A stretch of DNA of 64,000 nucleotides from an uncultured delta proteobacterium (GCA_963803435.1 CAWDML010000008.1:640001-704000); one strand, 5' to 3'. Shown: positions 19,879-30,643, counted from the first letter of the stretch. Translations and numbers: made by a program. The notes: generated by a model not told the origin, from the sequence alone.

Positions 19879-20613
19879 TTACATCGGGGCGGTCCGGTCG
19901 AGTCGGACGCGTTCGATCGCAGCGTTGGCGGCGTGCCAGAAGTTGGACTTGAAGTCTTCCTCTGCGGACTTCTTCATGCTCGTCAGCGGGATCTCGGCGA
20001 GCCCGCGCGCGATGGAGATGGCCGGACCCCCCGCGAGCGTCTCCGAGCTGGCCGCGCTGAAGCGCGCGCTGCACTCGATCGCCTGGCGTTCGAAGTCCAC
20101 CAGGACGACCCAACCATCGAAGGCGCCCCCATCGAAGGTCTTCGCGTCGACGACCTTCGGCCATCGCTGCTCGAGCGGGATGAACACTGCGAGGTACGGA
20201 TACTTCAAGACCTTCGCTACCGTGTCGGCGATCTCGAACTTGCTCGGCGCCTTGTCGGCGGGCCCGCGGGGTGCCAGCGGCGCGAGGTCCTTCGCACGAT
20301 ACCACTCGATGCCGTGCTGGTTTTGATCGGCCTCGGTCGGATCGAACAGGGCGAGCTGGCTCATGGAGGTCGGCAGGTAGTCCAGGCGAGCGCTCCGCAT
20401 CGGCTCGGGGCAGGCCTTCTCTTCGAGGGCGAACGCAGCGACGGCCCGCCGGATCTTCTGAAGTCGCCCGGTGATCGTCGACAGGCCCTCGTCCGCGACC
20501 TTGGCCCGCGCTCGCGCGTGCGCCGCAATCTCGTCCTTGTTGAGGACGACGAGCAACACCAGGCCGACGACGGCCAGGGCCGCGAATCCGAGAAGGAGCT
20601 TGAAGATCCTCAT
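19879..20613 (-). CDS. Hypothetical protein with N-terminal membrane anchor
   Basis: ATG start, N-terminal TM, coding-like composition. Confidence 0.7.
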   Translation of the reverse strand: MRIFKLLLGFAALAVVGLVLLVVLNKDEIAAHARARAKVADEGLSTITGRLQKIRRAVAAFALEEKACPEPMRSARLDYLPTSMSQLALFDPTEADQNQHGIEWYRAKDLAPLAPRGPADKAPSKFEIADTVAKVLKYPYLAVFIPLEQRWPKVVDAKTFDGGAFDGWVVLVDFERQAIECSARFSAASSETLAGGPAISIARGLAEIPLTSMKKSAEEDFKSNFWHAANAAIERVRLDRTAPM

Positions 20614-20948
20614 CGGAGCGTCCTACGTCCAACGTCTCGGGACCTGCCGCCGCGGAGCTGTTCGTTGTAATCGAGCGCGTCCCACGCGATGACCCGATGC
20701 GCCTCACCGGCGAAGCTCAGCCCGAAGGACACGGGCGCGTAGATCGCGGACTTGCCGCCGCCCAGGGAGAGGCCCTTGGTCTCGAAGAGCGCCGACTCGA
20801 GGCTGGCGTCGCACCGGCATCTACGCCGGGCGTCGGCGCCGGCGTCGAGGACCGCACCGCGGGGGTATGCTGTCGAGCGGCTCGGATCGGCCGCTCCCCC
20901 AGTGAGAGCTTGAGCCGGAGGCGCCGGCCGTGTCACTCAGACCCCCGA

Positions 20949-22373
20949 ATGACGGAAGGCGAGATCACGGCCGCGGTGGCCCTGCTCGAGTCGCTGGCCG
21001 AAGACCCTGCGCAGCTGGCTGCGGTGCCCCGCGACCTGCGGCGGGCCTTGCTGATCGCTGCTGGCCGACTGTCGCGACCCGACGACGCTGCCCAGCGCGC
21101 GATCAACAAGGCCCATCGCAAGCGAGATCGCGCGCGCGCCCGCGCCCAGGACGAGCGACGTCTGGCCGGCACCGCGATCCGGGCGCTGCGCTCGCGCCCC
21201 GTCTTTCCCACGCCCCCGGCGCTCCCGGAGCCTCCCGGCGTCGCCACCGGCGGTGGGCTCAACGAGGCGAGGAGCTGCTACGTCTGCAAGGAGGCCTACC
21301 GCCAGGTGCACTTCCATTACGACGCGCTCTGCCCGAGCTGCGGCGACTTCAACTATCAGAAGCGGTCCGACTCGGTCCCGCTCGACGGCCGCGTCGCGCT
21401 GGTGACCGGCGGACGGGTGAAGATCGGCTATCACGCCGCCATCAGGCTCTTGCGCGCCGGCGCCGAGCTGATCGTGACCACGCGCTTCCCGCGCGATGCC
21501 GCCCGCAGGTACGCGAGCGAGCCCGACTTCGAGGACTGGAGCGAGCGCCTCCACCTCTACGGGCTCGACCTCCGTCATACTCCCAGCGTCGAGCAGCTCT
21601 GCCGCCACCTGAACGGCCGCCTGCACCGCCTCGACTTCATCCTCAACAACGCCTGCCAAACGGTGCGGCGTCCGCCCGGCTTTTATCGGCACCTGCTGGC
21701 GCTGGAGGAGGCGCCGCCCGACACCCTGTCGCGGCAGCTGCGCCGGTTGATCGACGAGCATCCGCCGATGAGCTCCGCCCGGATGAGCCAGCTTGCGCTG
21801 ATCCCGGGCGACGAGCCGAGCGTCGGCTCTTTTCCGCCGGGCGAGCTCGACGCCGATCTGCAGCAGCGCGATCTGCGCGGGCACAACAGCTGGCGGCTCA
21901 AGCTCGACGAGGTCCCCACGCTCGAGCTTCTCGAGGTCCACCTGGTCAACGCCGTCGCTCCGTTCGTGCTGAACGCCAAGCTGAAGCCGCTGATGATGAA
22001 GGTCCCGACCGCCGACAAGCACATCGTCAACGTCTCGGCGATGGAAGGTCAGTTCTATCGCGCATTCAAGACCGACAAGCACCCGCACACCAACATGGCG
22101 AAGGCCGCTCTCAACATGCTGACGCGCACCTCCGCCTCGGACTACGTTCAGGCCGGGATCCACATGAACAGCGTCGACACCGGCTGGATCACCGACGAGG
22201 ATCCGGAGCCGACCTCGAACCGCAAGGCAGAGGAGCAGGGCCGCGTCTTCCATCCGCCGCTCGACGTGATCGACGGCGCTGCGCGGATCCTCGCCCCGAT
22301 CTTCGAGGGCCTCCGCACCGGCCGCCACCTCAGCGGGCTCTTCTTCAAGAACTACCGTCCCGAGCCCTGGTAG
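20949..22373 (+). CDS. SDR-family oxidoreductase with N-terminal Cys (Zn-ribbon) extension
   Basis: CYVCK...CPSC; ALVTGGRVKIG; NNACQT; HPHTNMAKAALNM; NSVDTGW. Confidence 0.88.
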   Translation: MTEGEITAAVALLESLAEDPAQLAAVPRDLRRALLIAAGRLSRPDDAAQRAINKAHRKRDRARARAQDERRLAGTAIRALRSRPVFPTPPALPEPPGVATGGGLNEARSCYVCKEAYRQVHFHYDALCPSCGDFNYQKRSDSVPLDGRVALVTGGRVKIGYHAAIRLLRAGAELIVTTRFPRDAARRYASEPDFEDWSERLHLYGLDLRHTPSVEQLCRHLNGRLHRLDFILNNACQTVRRPPGFYRHLLALEEAPPDTLSRQLRRLIDEHPPMSSARMSQLALIPGDEPSVGSFPPGELDADLQQRDLRGHNSWRLKLDEVPTLELLEVHLVNAVAPFVLNAKLKPLMMKVPTADKHIVNVSAMEGQFYRAFKTDKHPHTNMAKAALNMLTRTSASDYVQAGIHMNSVDTGWITDEDPEPTSNRKAEEQGRVFHPPLDVIDGAARILAPIFEGLRTGRHLSGLFFKNYRPEPW

Positions 22374-22453
22374 TCGTCCACAGGTGTGTCGGAGCGAGCT
22401 ACAGCGCGAAATAAATCGGGCCGATTCTGCTCATGCCCCCCACTCAGATACCG

Positions 22454-23419
22454 ATGAAGCGAATTCCTTGGATGGCGGCGGTGTGGCTCTCTGCGTGTGG
22501 ACCGATCACCACAGAGGAGTCGACGTCGATCGATGCCTTGACGACGCGGAGTCCGGTGCCGGGCTACGTGATCACGACGCCCTTTGGAAAGGAGGGCGAC
22601 CTGTGGGCTGCCGGCTACCATACCGGTGACGACTACGCGGCGCCGAAGGGGACGCGCGTGCAGGCGACGCGCGCCGGACGCGTGGTCGGCGCGGCGTGGA
22701 ATGTCTGGGGCTCTGCGTACGGCCAGCAGGTCATCATCGATACCAACGGGATCCGCCACCTCTACGCCCATCTGTCGCGAATCTCCGTGAAGGCCGGCCA
22801 GCATGTCGAGGCGGGCCAGAAGGTCGGTGAGGTCGGCGAGACCGGCCACGCGTACGGATATCATCTGCACTACGAGGAGCGGCACAGCCCGTACGGGTAC
22901 TACGACCACCGCAAGCCGGTGTTCAATCACTCTGGCGCGGGCGGCGGCCGCGGATACAAGAACTGGATCTTCGAGACCTCGCATCGCGACGTCCGCTTCC
23001 TGCAGCGCGCGCTGGTCAGCGCCGGCTGCGACGTCGAGAACAAGTACACCGACTACTACGGCGATCAGACGAAGCGGGCCGTGGCGTGCTTCCAGCGGAA
23101 GCAGGGATGGTCCGGCAGCGATGCGGACGGAATCGTCGGGCCCGAGACCGCGAAGCGCCTGCACCTCGTGGGGAGCGTGGACGTGAGCAAGCTCCACGCG
23201 GGAGTCACCGGCGCCGAGAGCGTGCGGATCCTCCAACAGCGCATGAACGAGGTGCGGGCAGCCGGGCTGCACATCACCGGCAACTACAACGCCGCCACGC
23301 GCGAGGCGGTCGCCGCATGGCAGCGCTCGATCGGTGACTCTGGTGCTGGCGCCGATGGAAACATGGGTCCGCTCCAATCGGAGCGGCTGTTCCCCGACCA
23401 CCGCTACCAGCTTCGGTGA
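22454..23419 (+). CDS. M23 peptidase lipoprotein with two peptidoglycan-binding domains
   Basis: LSAC lipobox; HTGDD, YAHL and HLHYE zinc motifs; two PG_binding_1-like repeats (FQRKQG...DGIVGPET; WQRSIG...DGNMGP). Confidence 0.9.
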   Translation: MKRIPWMAAVWLSACGPITTEESTSIDALTTRSPVPGYVITTPFGKEGDLWAAGYHTGDDYAAPKGTRVQATRAGRVVGAAWNVWGSAYGQQVIIDTNGIRHLYAHLSRISVKAGQHVEAGQKVGEVGETGHAYGYHLHYEERHSPYGYYDHRKPVFNHSGAGGGRGYKNWIFETSHRDVRFLQRALVSAGCDVENKYTDYYGDQTKRAVACFQRKQGWSGSDADGIVGPETAKRLHLVGSVDVSKLHAGVTGAESVRILQQRMNEVRAAGLHITGNYNAATREAVAAWQRSIGDSGAGADGNMGPLQSERLFPDHRYQLR

Positions 23420-23427
23420 GGCACACC

Positions 23428-24252
23428 TCAAGCGTTGCCCGGGATCGAGATCTCCACACGCCGGTTGTTCGCGCGGCCCTCAGGCGTCGAGTTGGAGGCG
23501 ACCGGATCCCGCTCGCCGTGCCCCACGGTGTGGATGCGGTCCGCCGGCACGCCCTGCTCGATCAGGTAGCGCTTCACTGCCTCCGCACGCGCGAGCGAGA
23601 GCCGCTGATTCACAGCCGACGGACCGGTCGCGTCGGCATAGCCTGAGATCTCGATGGTGACGTCGTTACCTCTCGCCACCAGCGCCCTCGCGATCGTGTT
23701 CAGGTTGTCCCGTGCGTTCGGCATCAGCTCGCTCTCATTGCTCCTGAAGAGCAGCTCGCCTGCGACGACGACCGGCTGGCTGGCTTCTCCCTCCGCAACC
23801 TTGCCCTGCCGCTCGAGGAGATCCTTCGCGTCCTGCGCCTGCTGCTCCGCACGGATGCGGGCCTCCCGCTCCGCCTCCAGACCCGAGTCTCGGCCCGACT
23901 GCTGCCGGTCGAGCTCCGCCATCAGGTAGCTCCGGTCGGCCTGCCTCCGTCGCGCATCGGCCATCGCGATCCGAAACTTCGCAGTCGCGAGGTTCGCCAG
24001 GTGCATCTCGATGTTCGAGCCCGGGCGGACCTCGTGCTGTTTCTCGGCTCCGGCGAGGAGCTGCTCCCCACTCTCCAGGTCGGCCGGAGCGAGCTCGCCC
24101 GCCTGCGTACTTTGCGCCTCATGGTGGATGGTCCGCGCCCGGACGAGGGCCGGGCTCGGGCCGTTGCCCGCGCCGGCGCTCCGGCACCCAGCAGAGCTCC
24201 CCAGGGCGATCAGCGCACATCCCACGACGCTACTGATCCGTGCTTGGTTCAT
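23428..24252 (-). CDS. OmpA-family lipoprotein with N-terminal DUF4398-like coiled region
   Basis: AGC lipobox; ISGYADATG...NQRLSLARAEAV...GRANNRRVEI. Confidence 0.9.
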   Translation of the reverse strand: MNQARISSVVGCALIALGSSAGCRSAGAGNGPSPALVRARTIHHEAQSTQAGELAPADLESGEQLLAGAEKQHEVRPGSNIEMHLANLATAKFRIAMADARRRQADRSYLMAELDRQQSGRDSGLEAEREARIRAEQQAQDAKDLLERQGKVAEGEASQPVVVAGELLFRSNESELMPNARDNLNTIARALVARGNDVTIEISGYADATGPSAVNQRLSLARAEAVKRYLIEQGVPADRIHTVGHGERDPVASNSTPEGRANNRRVEISIPGNA

Positions 24253-24600
24253 GACCGTTCTCCTCCGCGCTCTCTGCGCGCTGCTCCGAGATCGCCGCCT
24301 GGGCGAGCGCCTGCGCGGTGTCGGCTTCGGCCTGGGCGCGCTCGAAGTAGAGCTGGGCCGTCGCGTAATTCTTCGGGCCGAGACCCTCGCCGATCTTCAG
24401 GTCCTGTCGGGCGCGAGCCAGCTCGACGTCGGCTTCATTCATCGCCGCGCCCGGCTTGACCACGTTCTCTGCGGATTCGATCGCAGATTTCGCTTCGATC
24501 CTGGCGCTGATCGGCGCCTCTCTCGACGATGTCGTCGCGCAGCCGCAGATCCCGAGCAGGGTCAGAGACTGAGACGCATCCAACTCGCGTGCTGCTTCAT
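24230..24600 (-). CDS. DUF4398-type lipoprotein (frameshift near 24565)
   Basis: RBS AAGGAG precedes ATG 24600 (MKQHASWMRLSL). One added base joins it to LTLLGICGC...ELARAR...ERAQAEADTA, the usual partner of OmpA/DUF4398. Confidence 0.7.
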
Positions 24601-24900
24601 CAACAAACTCCTTCCCGCGGAGCCTGCTTCGGGCTCCGCGTCAAAGCGCATGGGCTCAGCCCGTGCAACGCCTGTACCGGGAGCCGAGGTCCGCGGCGGT
24701 CGGCTCCCAGCGGCGCTCGCCGACGTCGTCCGGGCGATTGCGAATCGCCGAGCACGTCCACGGAAGGCCCGCTTGTTGCTGCCTCGATCGCGCATGAAGA
24801 ATGGCGGGCTTCAGCTCCGAATCCGCGATGCTGCGCGCAGGGACGGCGGACACGAGGGTCTCGGTGCGACACAAGGCTTCGACCTCCGGGGGGCCTAACG

Positions 24901-25995
24901 ATGTCGTCGGGGGCGTTCTTCAACGCCGGTCCGCTTCACCAGCTCGAGCGCCGAGCACGCATCATTCGCGACGATCGCGACGATCTGAGCCGTCAGGCTG
25001 CGTTCTTCCTGGTCGTTGCCTGGGCTCCGCTCGTCCTGCTCGCACTCCTCGACCGCGCCTTCACGGGCGTACCAGCCACGCCTCTGTTGCATCTGGACCT
25101 CCACGTGCGATGGCTGATCAGCGTACCCCTGCTCCTGCACGGTGAACGCCTGCTCGATCGAGGCATCGGGCTGTGGCTGGGCCATCTCCTCTCGACGGGC
25201 ATCATTCCCGAGCACGAGAAAGCACGCTTCGAGCGGGCCCAGGCCCGCCTGCATGCCCTCCGCGATTCGCGGATCATCGAAGGGGTGTTGCTGGTCGCGG
25301 CCGTCGCCAGCAGTCTGCCTGCGCTCTTCGTGAAGGCCAATCCGGTCCAGGTCTGGCAACACGTGGTCAGCCTCCCGCTCTACCGGTTCCTGCTGGCGCA
25401 GTTCCTGTTCGGCTGGTGCTTGTGGTGTGGCTTGCTCGTTCGCACCGCGCGCCTCGACCTCGTCTTGCTGGCCACGCATCCGGATCGTCGCTGCGGGATT
25501 CGAGGTCTGGCCAAGGTCTCCCGCGGGATGGGTCTGATCGGGTTCGCGGTCACCTCCGTGTCGGCCGCCGCCTGGGGAGGCCAGATCGCGGGCGGAACTG
25601 CGAAGCTCGCGGAGTTCCTGGACCCTGCGATCGGCTTCGCGTTCGTGATTCTCGGTCTCGCCTTCGTCCCCTTGATGGCATTTGTCCCCCTGATCGCCAG
25701 CGTGAAAGGCGATTTTCAGCGGTCATACGGCGCGCTCGTGAACACCCACGCAGTGCAGTTTCACCGGCGCTGGATTCGACCGGACGCACCCAGCCCGTTG
25801 GGCGACGCCGACATGTCGTCGTTCGCCGATCTCGACTCTGTGTTCGAGGTCGTCGACCAAACGAGACCGCTCATCTTCGGCAACCATGACGTGCTGTTCG
25901 TGCTCGTCGGGACCCTCCTCCCGATGCTTCCGCTCTACCTCACCACGCTCTCGATGCACGATGTTCTGATGAAGATGATCCAGTTCCTCACGTGA
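24901..25995 (+). CDS. Polytopic membrane protein of unknown function
   Basis: About 7 TM segments; conserved-looking HPDRRCG and LGDADMSSFADL motifs. Confidence 0.75.
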   Translation: MSSGAFFNAGPLHQLERRARIIRDDRDDLSRQAAFFLVVAWAPLVLLALLDRAFTGVPATPLLHLDLHVRWLISVPLLLHGERLLDRGIGLWLGHLLSTGIIPEHEKARFERAQARLHALRDSRIIEGVLLVAAVASSLPALFVKANPVQVWQHVVSLPLYRFLLAQFLFGWCLWCGLLVRTARLDLVLLATHPDRRCGIRGLAKVSRGMGLIGFAVTSVSAAAWGGQIAGGTAKLAEFLDPAIGFAFVILGLAFVPLMAFVPLIASVKGDFQRSYGALVNTHAVQFHRRWIRPDAPSPLGDADMSSFADLDSVFEVVDQTRPLIFGNHDVLFVLVGTLLPMLPLYLTTLSMHDVLMKMIQFLT

Positions 25996-26090
25996 GCTCG
26001 ATGGTCCGCGGCGCCCGTCCGGTGACCGACAAAAGACTCTTAACCGACCCTGAACAATCATCCCGCCCTCCCGGCCGACAATGATCGCCG

Positions 26091-26735
26091 ATGGCGGTCG
26101 CGGATCCGAACGTCCGTGTGGGAGGCGGGGTTCGCCTCGGCGCTTCTTTCTTCACGAACGAGCAGCTCCTGACGGCCGATCCGATCGCCGACCTGGCGTT
26201 CGCCGGCGGGGATCGGATCCTCGCACTCACCGCTGCCGGCGCGTCGCTCTTCGACACCGCCTCGGGGCTCTGCCTCGGCGAGGCACGGTTCCCCGAGCGG
26301 CCAAGCTTCGGGGTTCGATGCGCGGTCAGCGGCGCCCGCGGCGTCGTGGCGCTGGACGGTGGCTCGAATCTACCACCTCGAGATCGGACGGACCTCGATC
26401 GAGCTCCGGATCCTCCGAGAGCTCGCCGAGAAGGCGTACGACCTCGAGGTCGCGATCGCTGGCGAGCGCATCGTGGTGGCCGACCCTGCCCGGGTGAACG
26501 TCTTCCAGCTCGACGGCTCGCTCCTCTGCATCGAGGGCGGAATGGTCGAGACGATCGTCGACGTCGCGCGGGCGCGACGGCCTTCGACCTCGACGAGAAG
26601 GGGCGAGGCTCGATCGCATTCGGGTGCCGCTCGATCCGTGCCCTGGAGATCCCATCGCTCCGCCGGTTCGGCGTCAACGCGCGCGAGCGGGGACTCGTGA
26701 GCGATGGCAGGGCCGGCGACGGTCGCCAGCGGTAG
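26091..26735 (+). pseudogene. Beta-propeller-like hypothetical protein with two frameshifts
   Basis: Beta-strand-rich segments alternate between frames. Removing one A at GAATC 26366-26370 gives ALDGGSIYHLEIG; a second shift occurs near 26568. Confidence 0.5.
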
Positions 26736-26739
26736 AGGC

Positions 26740-27186
26740 TCAGCGACGGCGCTTTCGCCCCGAGGGCCGCGCGCGGAGCCGGTGGGCGGGGATCGTGCCC
26801 TCCGGCGCGGGCCCGTCGATCGGGAGCGGCAGCTTTCGCTCGCTCGATCCGGTGTACTTCTGTGCCTGCGTGATCAGATCCTGGAGATCGCCCGGCGCCG
26901 AGTCGTTCGCGAACAGGCGGGGTCCGACGGCGCCGAGCACGGCGAACAGTCGCCCGGCGGCCGTGTGAGCGCCCTGCGCTCGCTCCAGATCGGTCGCGAG
27001 ATGGAAGAGCCCGAGCATCGCGGCGGGCAGTTTCGGATCGTCCTTCTCGTGCAGCAACGCGCGCTCGATGATCGAGGCGCCCTCGTCGTCGAGGCGCCAG
27101 CGCTCCTCGGCGTCCGGTTGGAGCATTCGGCACGCAATCTCGACCAACGGATGATCGAGGTTCGCCTCGGGCGTCGGCGTCGTCAT
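26740..27186 (-). CDS. Hypothetical protein
   Basis: MTTPTPEANLDHPL...; ATG overlaps the upstream stop (ATGA). Confidence 0.7.
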   Translation of the reverse strand: MTTPTPEANLDHPLVEIACRMLQPDAEERWRLDDEGASIIERALLHEKDDPKLPAAMLGLFHLATDLERAQGAHTAAGRLFAVLGAVGPRLFANDSAPGDLQDLITQAQKYTGSSERKLPLPIDGPAPEGTIPAHRLRARPSGRKRRR

Positions 27187-27686
27187 TCTCCGACGACCTT
27201 CTTCCCTTCGATCGGTCGCCCATCGACGCCGACGAGACGCTCGCCTCCGCCCGGCCGCCCCACCACGTCGCTGGGCGTGGTCTGTGCGCCGTCCCAATAG
27301 GCCTTGGTCGTCTTCGCGTACGTGACCTCGGCCTTGCCGATGTCCGCCGCCAGCTGGCGGTACTGCTGGCTGAGCCGCGTGTTGCTCGCGTCCGCCTCCC
27401 GCTCCGAGAGGTCGAGGTAGTGCTGCGCGGTCAGCTTGAGCGCATCGACCACGTCGTTCGCGTGATAGTGTTTGTCTTGGCTGACGCGGAAGCCGCCGTC
27501 GTACGCGACGCGCTCCGCGACGCCGGGGTCGTCGCCGTTGACCAGGCTGTCGAGGATGCGCTGCGCGTCCGCGCTCGCGTCCAGCTTCCGAGGATGGGTG
27601 GATGGGCTGTAGTCGAGGTGCGTCGCGACGCTCTGCGGCTGAAACTGACGGCTCACGGATCCGGGTACGCGTGCAGGCGGTGGCAT
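27183..27686 (-). CDS. Hypothetical protein
   Basis: Coding-like ORF; TATCGT -10-like box 7 nt before ATG 27686. Confidence 0.7.
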   Translation of the reverse strand: MPPPARVPGSVSRQFQPQSVATHLDYSPSTHPRKLDASADAQRILDSLVNGDDPGVAERVAYDGGFRVSQDKHYHANDVVDALKLTAQHYLDLSEREADASNTRLSQQYRQLAADIGKAEVTYAKTTKAYWDGAQTTPSDVVGRPGGGERLVGVDGRPIEGKKVVGE

Positions 27687-28146
27687 CGAAACGACGATAG
27701 GCATCTTGCCCGGTGGCGTCCATCGCTTTTGCCCTCCCGACTCGACGCACGCCGGTGGCCCCGCCCTTTCAACCATCGAGGATGCCGTCGAGCATGTAGA
27801 AGCGGTGAGGGAAGAGCGACCTCAGCTCGGCTCCGGCGCGCCCATCCATCGCGTAATACGGGCTGCGAAGGCCGACAGCATCAGCTCGCGCCCTTCGGGT
27901 GACGCGTAGCCGATCAGCTCGCGCAGGTGCGGACCGGGAGCGGGCTGATCCCGAGGCCCTCGGAGAACGCGGGGAGAGCTGGGAGACGAGCGGCCGGAGG
28001 ATGCGGCGCGATCGATGTCGGTCGAGGTGCTCGGTGCGCCCACGAGCGGCGCTGGCGACCGTCGTCAACCCCCCCGACACTCGACCGCCGTGGTCGCGAT
28101 GCCGTTGAAGGCACTGTTGGTCCCCTGCTTGCACTGAGCCCAGAGC

Positions 28147-28629
28147 ATGACGCGTGGATCGACCCGGCTCACCTGGATGGCGCTCTCACTGGCGACCTGC
28201 GCGAGCGCGACCGCACCCGAGCAACCGCTCGCGAATCCGCCCGAGGTCGCGCCGGTGATCGAGGTGGTGAGCGAATCGTGCTCCCTCGACGGGCTCTCCG
28301 CGTACTTCGAATCCGACTCCGACACCGTCGAAGCCGCTGGCGCACGAACCCTCGATGCCGTCCTCACCTGTCTGCACGGTCCGCTCCGGGACATGCACGT
28401 CGCGCTCGCCGGATACTCGGACAGATACGGTTCGAGGGCTCACGGCCACGCGCTCGCGCAGCGCCGTGCGAACACCGTCCGCCGGTACCTGATCGAGCAC
28501 GGCATCACCGCGGATCGCATTCGTATCCGCTCGCCGCGCATCGACCGTGACGGTCCTCGGGACCGCGCCCGCCGCGTCGACATCGAGCTGCTCGACTGCG
28601 CGACTGACCCCGCACGCACCTGCAGCTGA
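28147..28629 (+). CDS. OmpA/Pal-like peptidoglycan-binding lipoprotein
   Basis: Signal peptide with Cys; YFESDS...LAGYSD...LAQRRANTVRRYL...RRVDI. Confidence 0.82.
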   Translation: MTRGSTRLTWMALSLATCASATAPEQPLANPPEVAPVIEVVSESCSLDGLSAYFESDSDTVEAAGARTLDAVLTCLHGPLRDMHVALAGYSDRYGSRAHGHALAQRRANTVRRYLIEHGITADRIRIRSPRIDRDGPRDRARRVDIELLDCATDPARTCS

Positions 28630-28763
28630 GCGCGCGCGTCTCTGACGATTCACGAGCCGCTCCATCCTGCCGGCACGTCCATGGCCGCGAATGGAAGCGA
28701 GCCCGGCTTCTTCATCGCCCGAGCCTCGCGGCATCCGCGATGCTTGGCCAGTCGCGAGCCGCC

Positions 28764-30071
28764 TCAGCGGGTCTTGACCCGGACGTTGTGGAGACGGCGG
28801 AACTCGCTGACGTAGCTCCCGAAGTACCAGGGGTTCTTGGGACACTTGTCGGGATCCGTCCAGTTGCTGGCGGTGGCGATGCCGACCGCCCGGACGATCG
28901 TGATGACCACCGCCCCGATCGAGTACGAGGACAGCGAGTAGATCGGGCCGCCGCTGTCGCCCGGGAGGAAGCAGCCCTTGGACACGACCTGCTTGTGCAG
29001 GGTCACGATGGTCCCGTCGGCCAGGCGCTCCTTCATGCGCCGCTTTGCATAGAGGACGTTGCCGCACCGCTGGCCGGTGTGCGCGCCGCCGCGGCAGAGA
29101 AACATGCCCTTGTGGACGTCGCTCGGTGAATAGACGAAGTCGACCTCGTCGCGCTTGTGCGACTTGGTGAGGTACAGGTAGCCGAGCTTGTCGTGGACCC
29201 AGGGGCCTTCAATCTTGATCCCCTCCATGTCGAGCGTGCCCCCGAGCTGACGGCGCTTCGCCCCGCCGATATACGGGTAGACCGGCTCGTCGTCGCTGTT
29301 GATCTTGAAGATCGCGCCGCTCACAGCACAGTGGGCCGCCGTGAGGCCCCAGTGGTCTCCGTTGTCGGCCACACCCATGAAGCCGAGGCTGCAGGTCCGG
29401 AGATCGCCCGCGCCGTTGTTGCTCGAGACGAAGATGCCTCCGCGCAGCGGATGACCGCACTCGTTGCGGTTCTTGCACGAGCCCGCCTGTGCCACCTCCG
29501 CCTCTTCGACGACCGCGAAGGCGTCGGGCGGGAGCGCGCTCTGGAGCTGCGCGGTCACCGAAGCCACCTCGCCGGGACGGGCCCCCACGCGGATGACGTT
29601 GGTCTCCTCGTCAATCCCGAGGCTGTTGATGCCGGGCGTGTCGTCGGGGATGGCGTCCGCCCAGGTCTCGAGCTCCGCCAGCGAGTAGCGCGCGCGCTCG
29701 ATGACCAGGGGGTGGTCGGCCGGGAACATTGCGCTCAGCACGGCCTCCTTCGCGGGCGTGGGATCCATCAAGAGGATGTGGATGGTTCCGGTCGCGTCCT
29801 CCTCAATCCACGCCCCCGCGAATCCCGAGAGCGTGTCGGGGTCGAGGCGCGTCACGAGCGTGCCCAGCGCGTCCTCGGCAGTGGCCCGCTCGACGGCGGC
29901 CGCCCGCGAGAGGCCGTAGGCATCGGCGAAGAGATCAGCCGCGGAGTCGAACTCGGTCGCGCTGGCCGCCTCGGTGGCCGTGGATTCGCCGCCGGCGTTC
30001 GGGGCGCAGCCGCCGAACAGGACGGCAGCGAGCGCGAGAGAGCAGGGTGAAAGCGGGAACGGTCGTGACAT
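28764..30071 (-). CDS. Secreted S1 serine protease (alpha-lytic/streptogrisin type) with pro-region
   Basis: Lipobox GGC; CSLGF, LTAAHC, GDSGGP. Confidence 0.9.
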   Translation of the reverse strand: MSRPFPLSPCSLALAAVLFGGCAPNAGGESTATEAASATEFDSAADLFADAYGLSRAAAVERATAEDALGTLVTRLDPDTLSGFAGAWIEEDATGTIHILLMDPTPAKEAVLSAMFPADHPLVIERARYSLAELETWADAIPDDTPGINSLGIDEETNVIRVGARPGEVASVTAQLQSALPPDAFAVVEEAEVAQAGSCKNRNECGHPLRGGIFVSSNNGAGDLRTCSLGFMGVADNGDHWGLTAAHCAVSGAIFKINSDDEPVYPYIGGAKRRQLGGTLDMEGIKIEGPWVHDKLGYLYLTKSHKRDEVDFVYSPSDVHKGMFLCRGGAHTGQRCGNVLYAKRRMKERLADGTIVTLHKQVVSKGCFLPGDSGGPIYSLSSYSIGAVVITIVRAVGIATASNWTDPDKCPKNPWYFGSYVSEFRRLHNVRVKTR

Positions 30072-30199
30072 CGGGGCCTCCAGCGCGACCGGCAGTCGCA
30101 CGTACTCCCACCTGTGTGCGAGTCGCGCCGAAACGGACCAAAGCGTCGCATCGAGGACACAGACTGTGGCCCCTCGAACGACAGCGCGCGATCGGGCGG

Positions 30200-30643
30200 C
30201 TACCTGCGACGCACCATCGTGGTGCCGACCGGCAGGAAGCCGAGCCGCTCGTACAGCCGGCGCGCGCGCCCATTGTTGCTGGTGACGCCGAGCGCGATGG
30301 CGACGAAGCCGGGAGGCCAGAGCTCTCCGCGTTCGAGCGCGTCGAAGAGCGACCGCCCGTATCCTCGATTGCGATGCGCACGTGCGACGAACAGCTCATC
30401 GACCTCGCAGACCTCTCCCCCGAGCTCGTTCGACCAGAAGGAGATGAGCAGCGCGTAACCGACCGCGCTGCCGCCGACCTCCAGGACCAGCGCCCGCCCG
30501 CGGAACGGCTCGCGTCGAAGGACCTCGAGCGTGCGCCGCACCTGCTCGGGCGCGACCGGCTCCGGGCCGGGATCTTCGCGGTTGAGCTCGCCGCACATCT
30601 CGACGATCGCGCCGTCTTCTTCGGGCTGGGCCGCGCGCCACAT
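30200..30643 (-). CDS. GNAT-family N-acetyltransferase
   Basis: VDELFVARAHRNRGYG, N..ARRLYERLGF; TATCAT 7 nt before ATG. Confidence 0.9.
   Translation of the reverse strand: MWRAAQPEEDGAIVEMCGELNREDPGPEPVAPEQVRRTLEVLRREPFRGRALVLEVGGSAVGYALLISFWSNELGGEVCEVDELFVARAHRNRGYGRSLFDALERGELWPPGFVAIALGVTSNNGRARRLYERLGFLPVGTTMVRRR

Noticed and set aside
20610-20936. 108-aa minus-strand ORF coupled to 19879..20613
   Set aside because: Only the 3' half looks protein-like, with no recognisable motif; possibly a remnant but unsupported.
27769-28134. Short ORFs between the orphan pair and the OmpA gene
   Set aside because: No consistent frame or motif; at most a degraded fragment.
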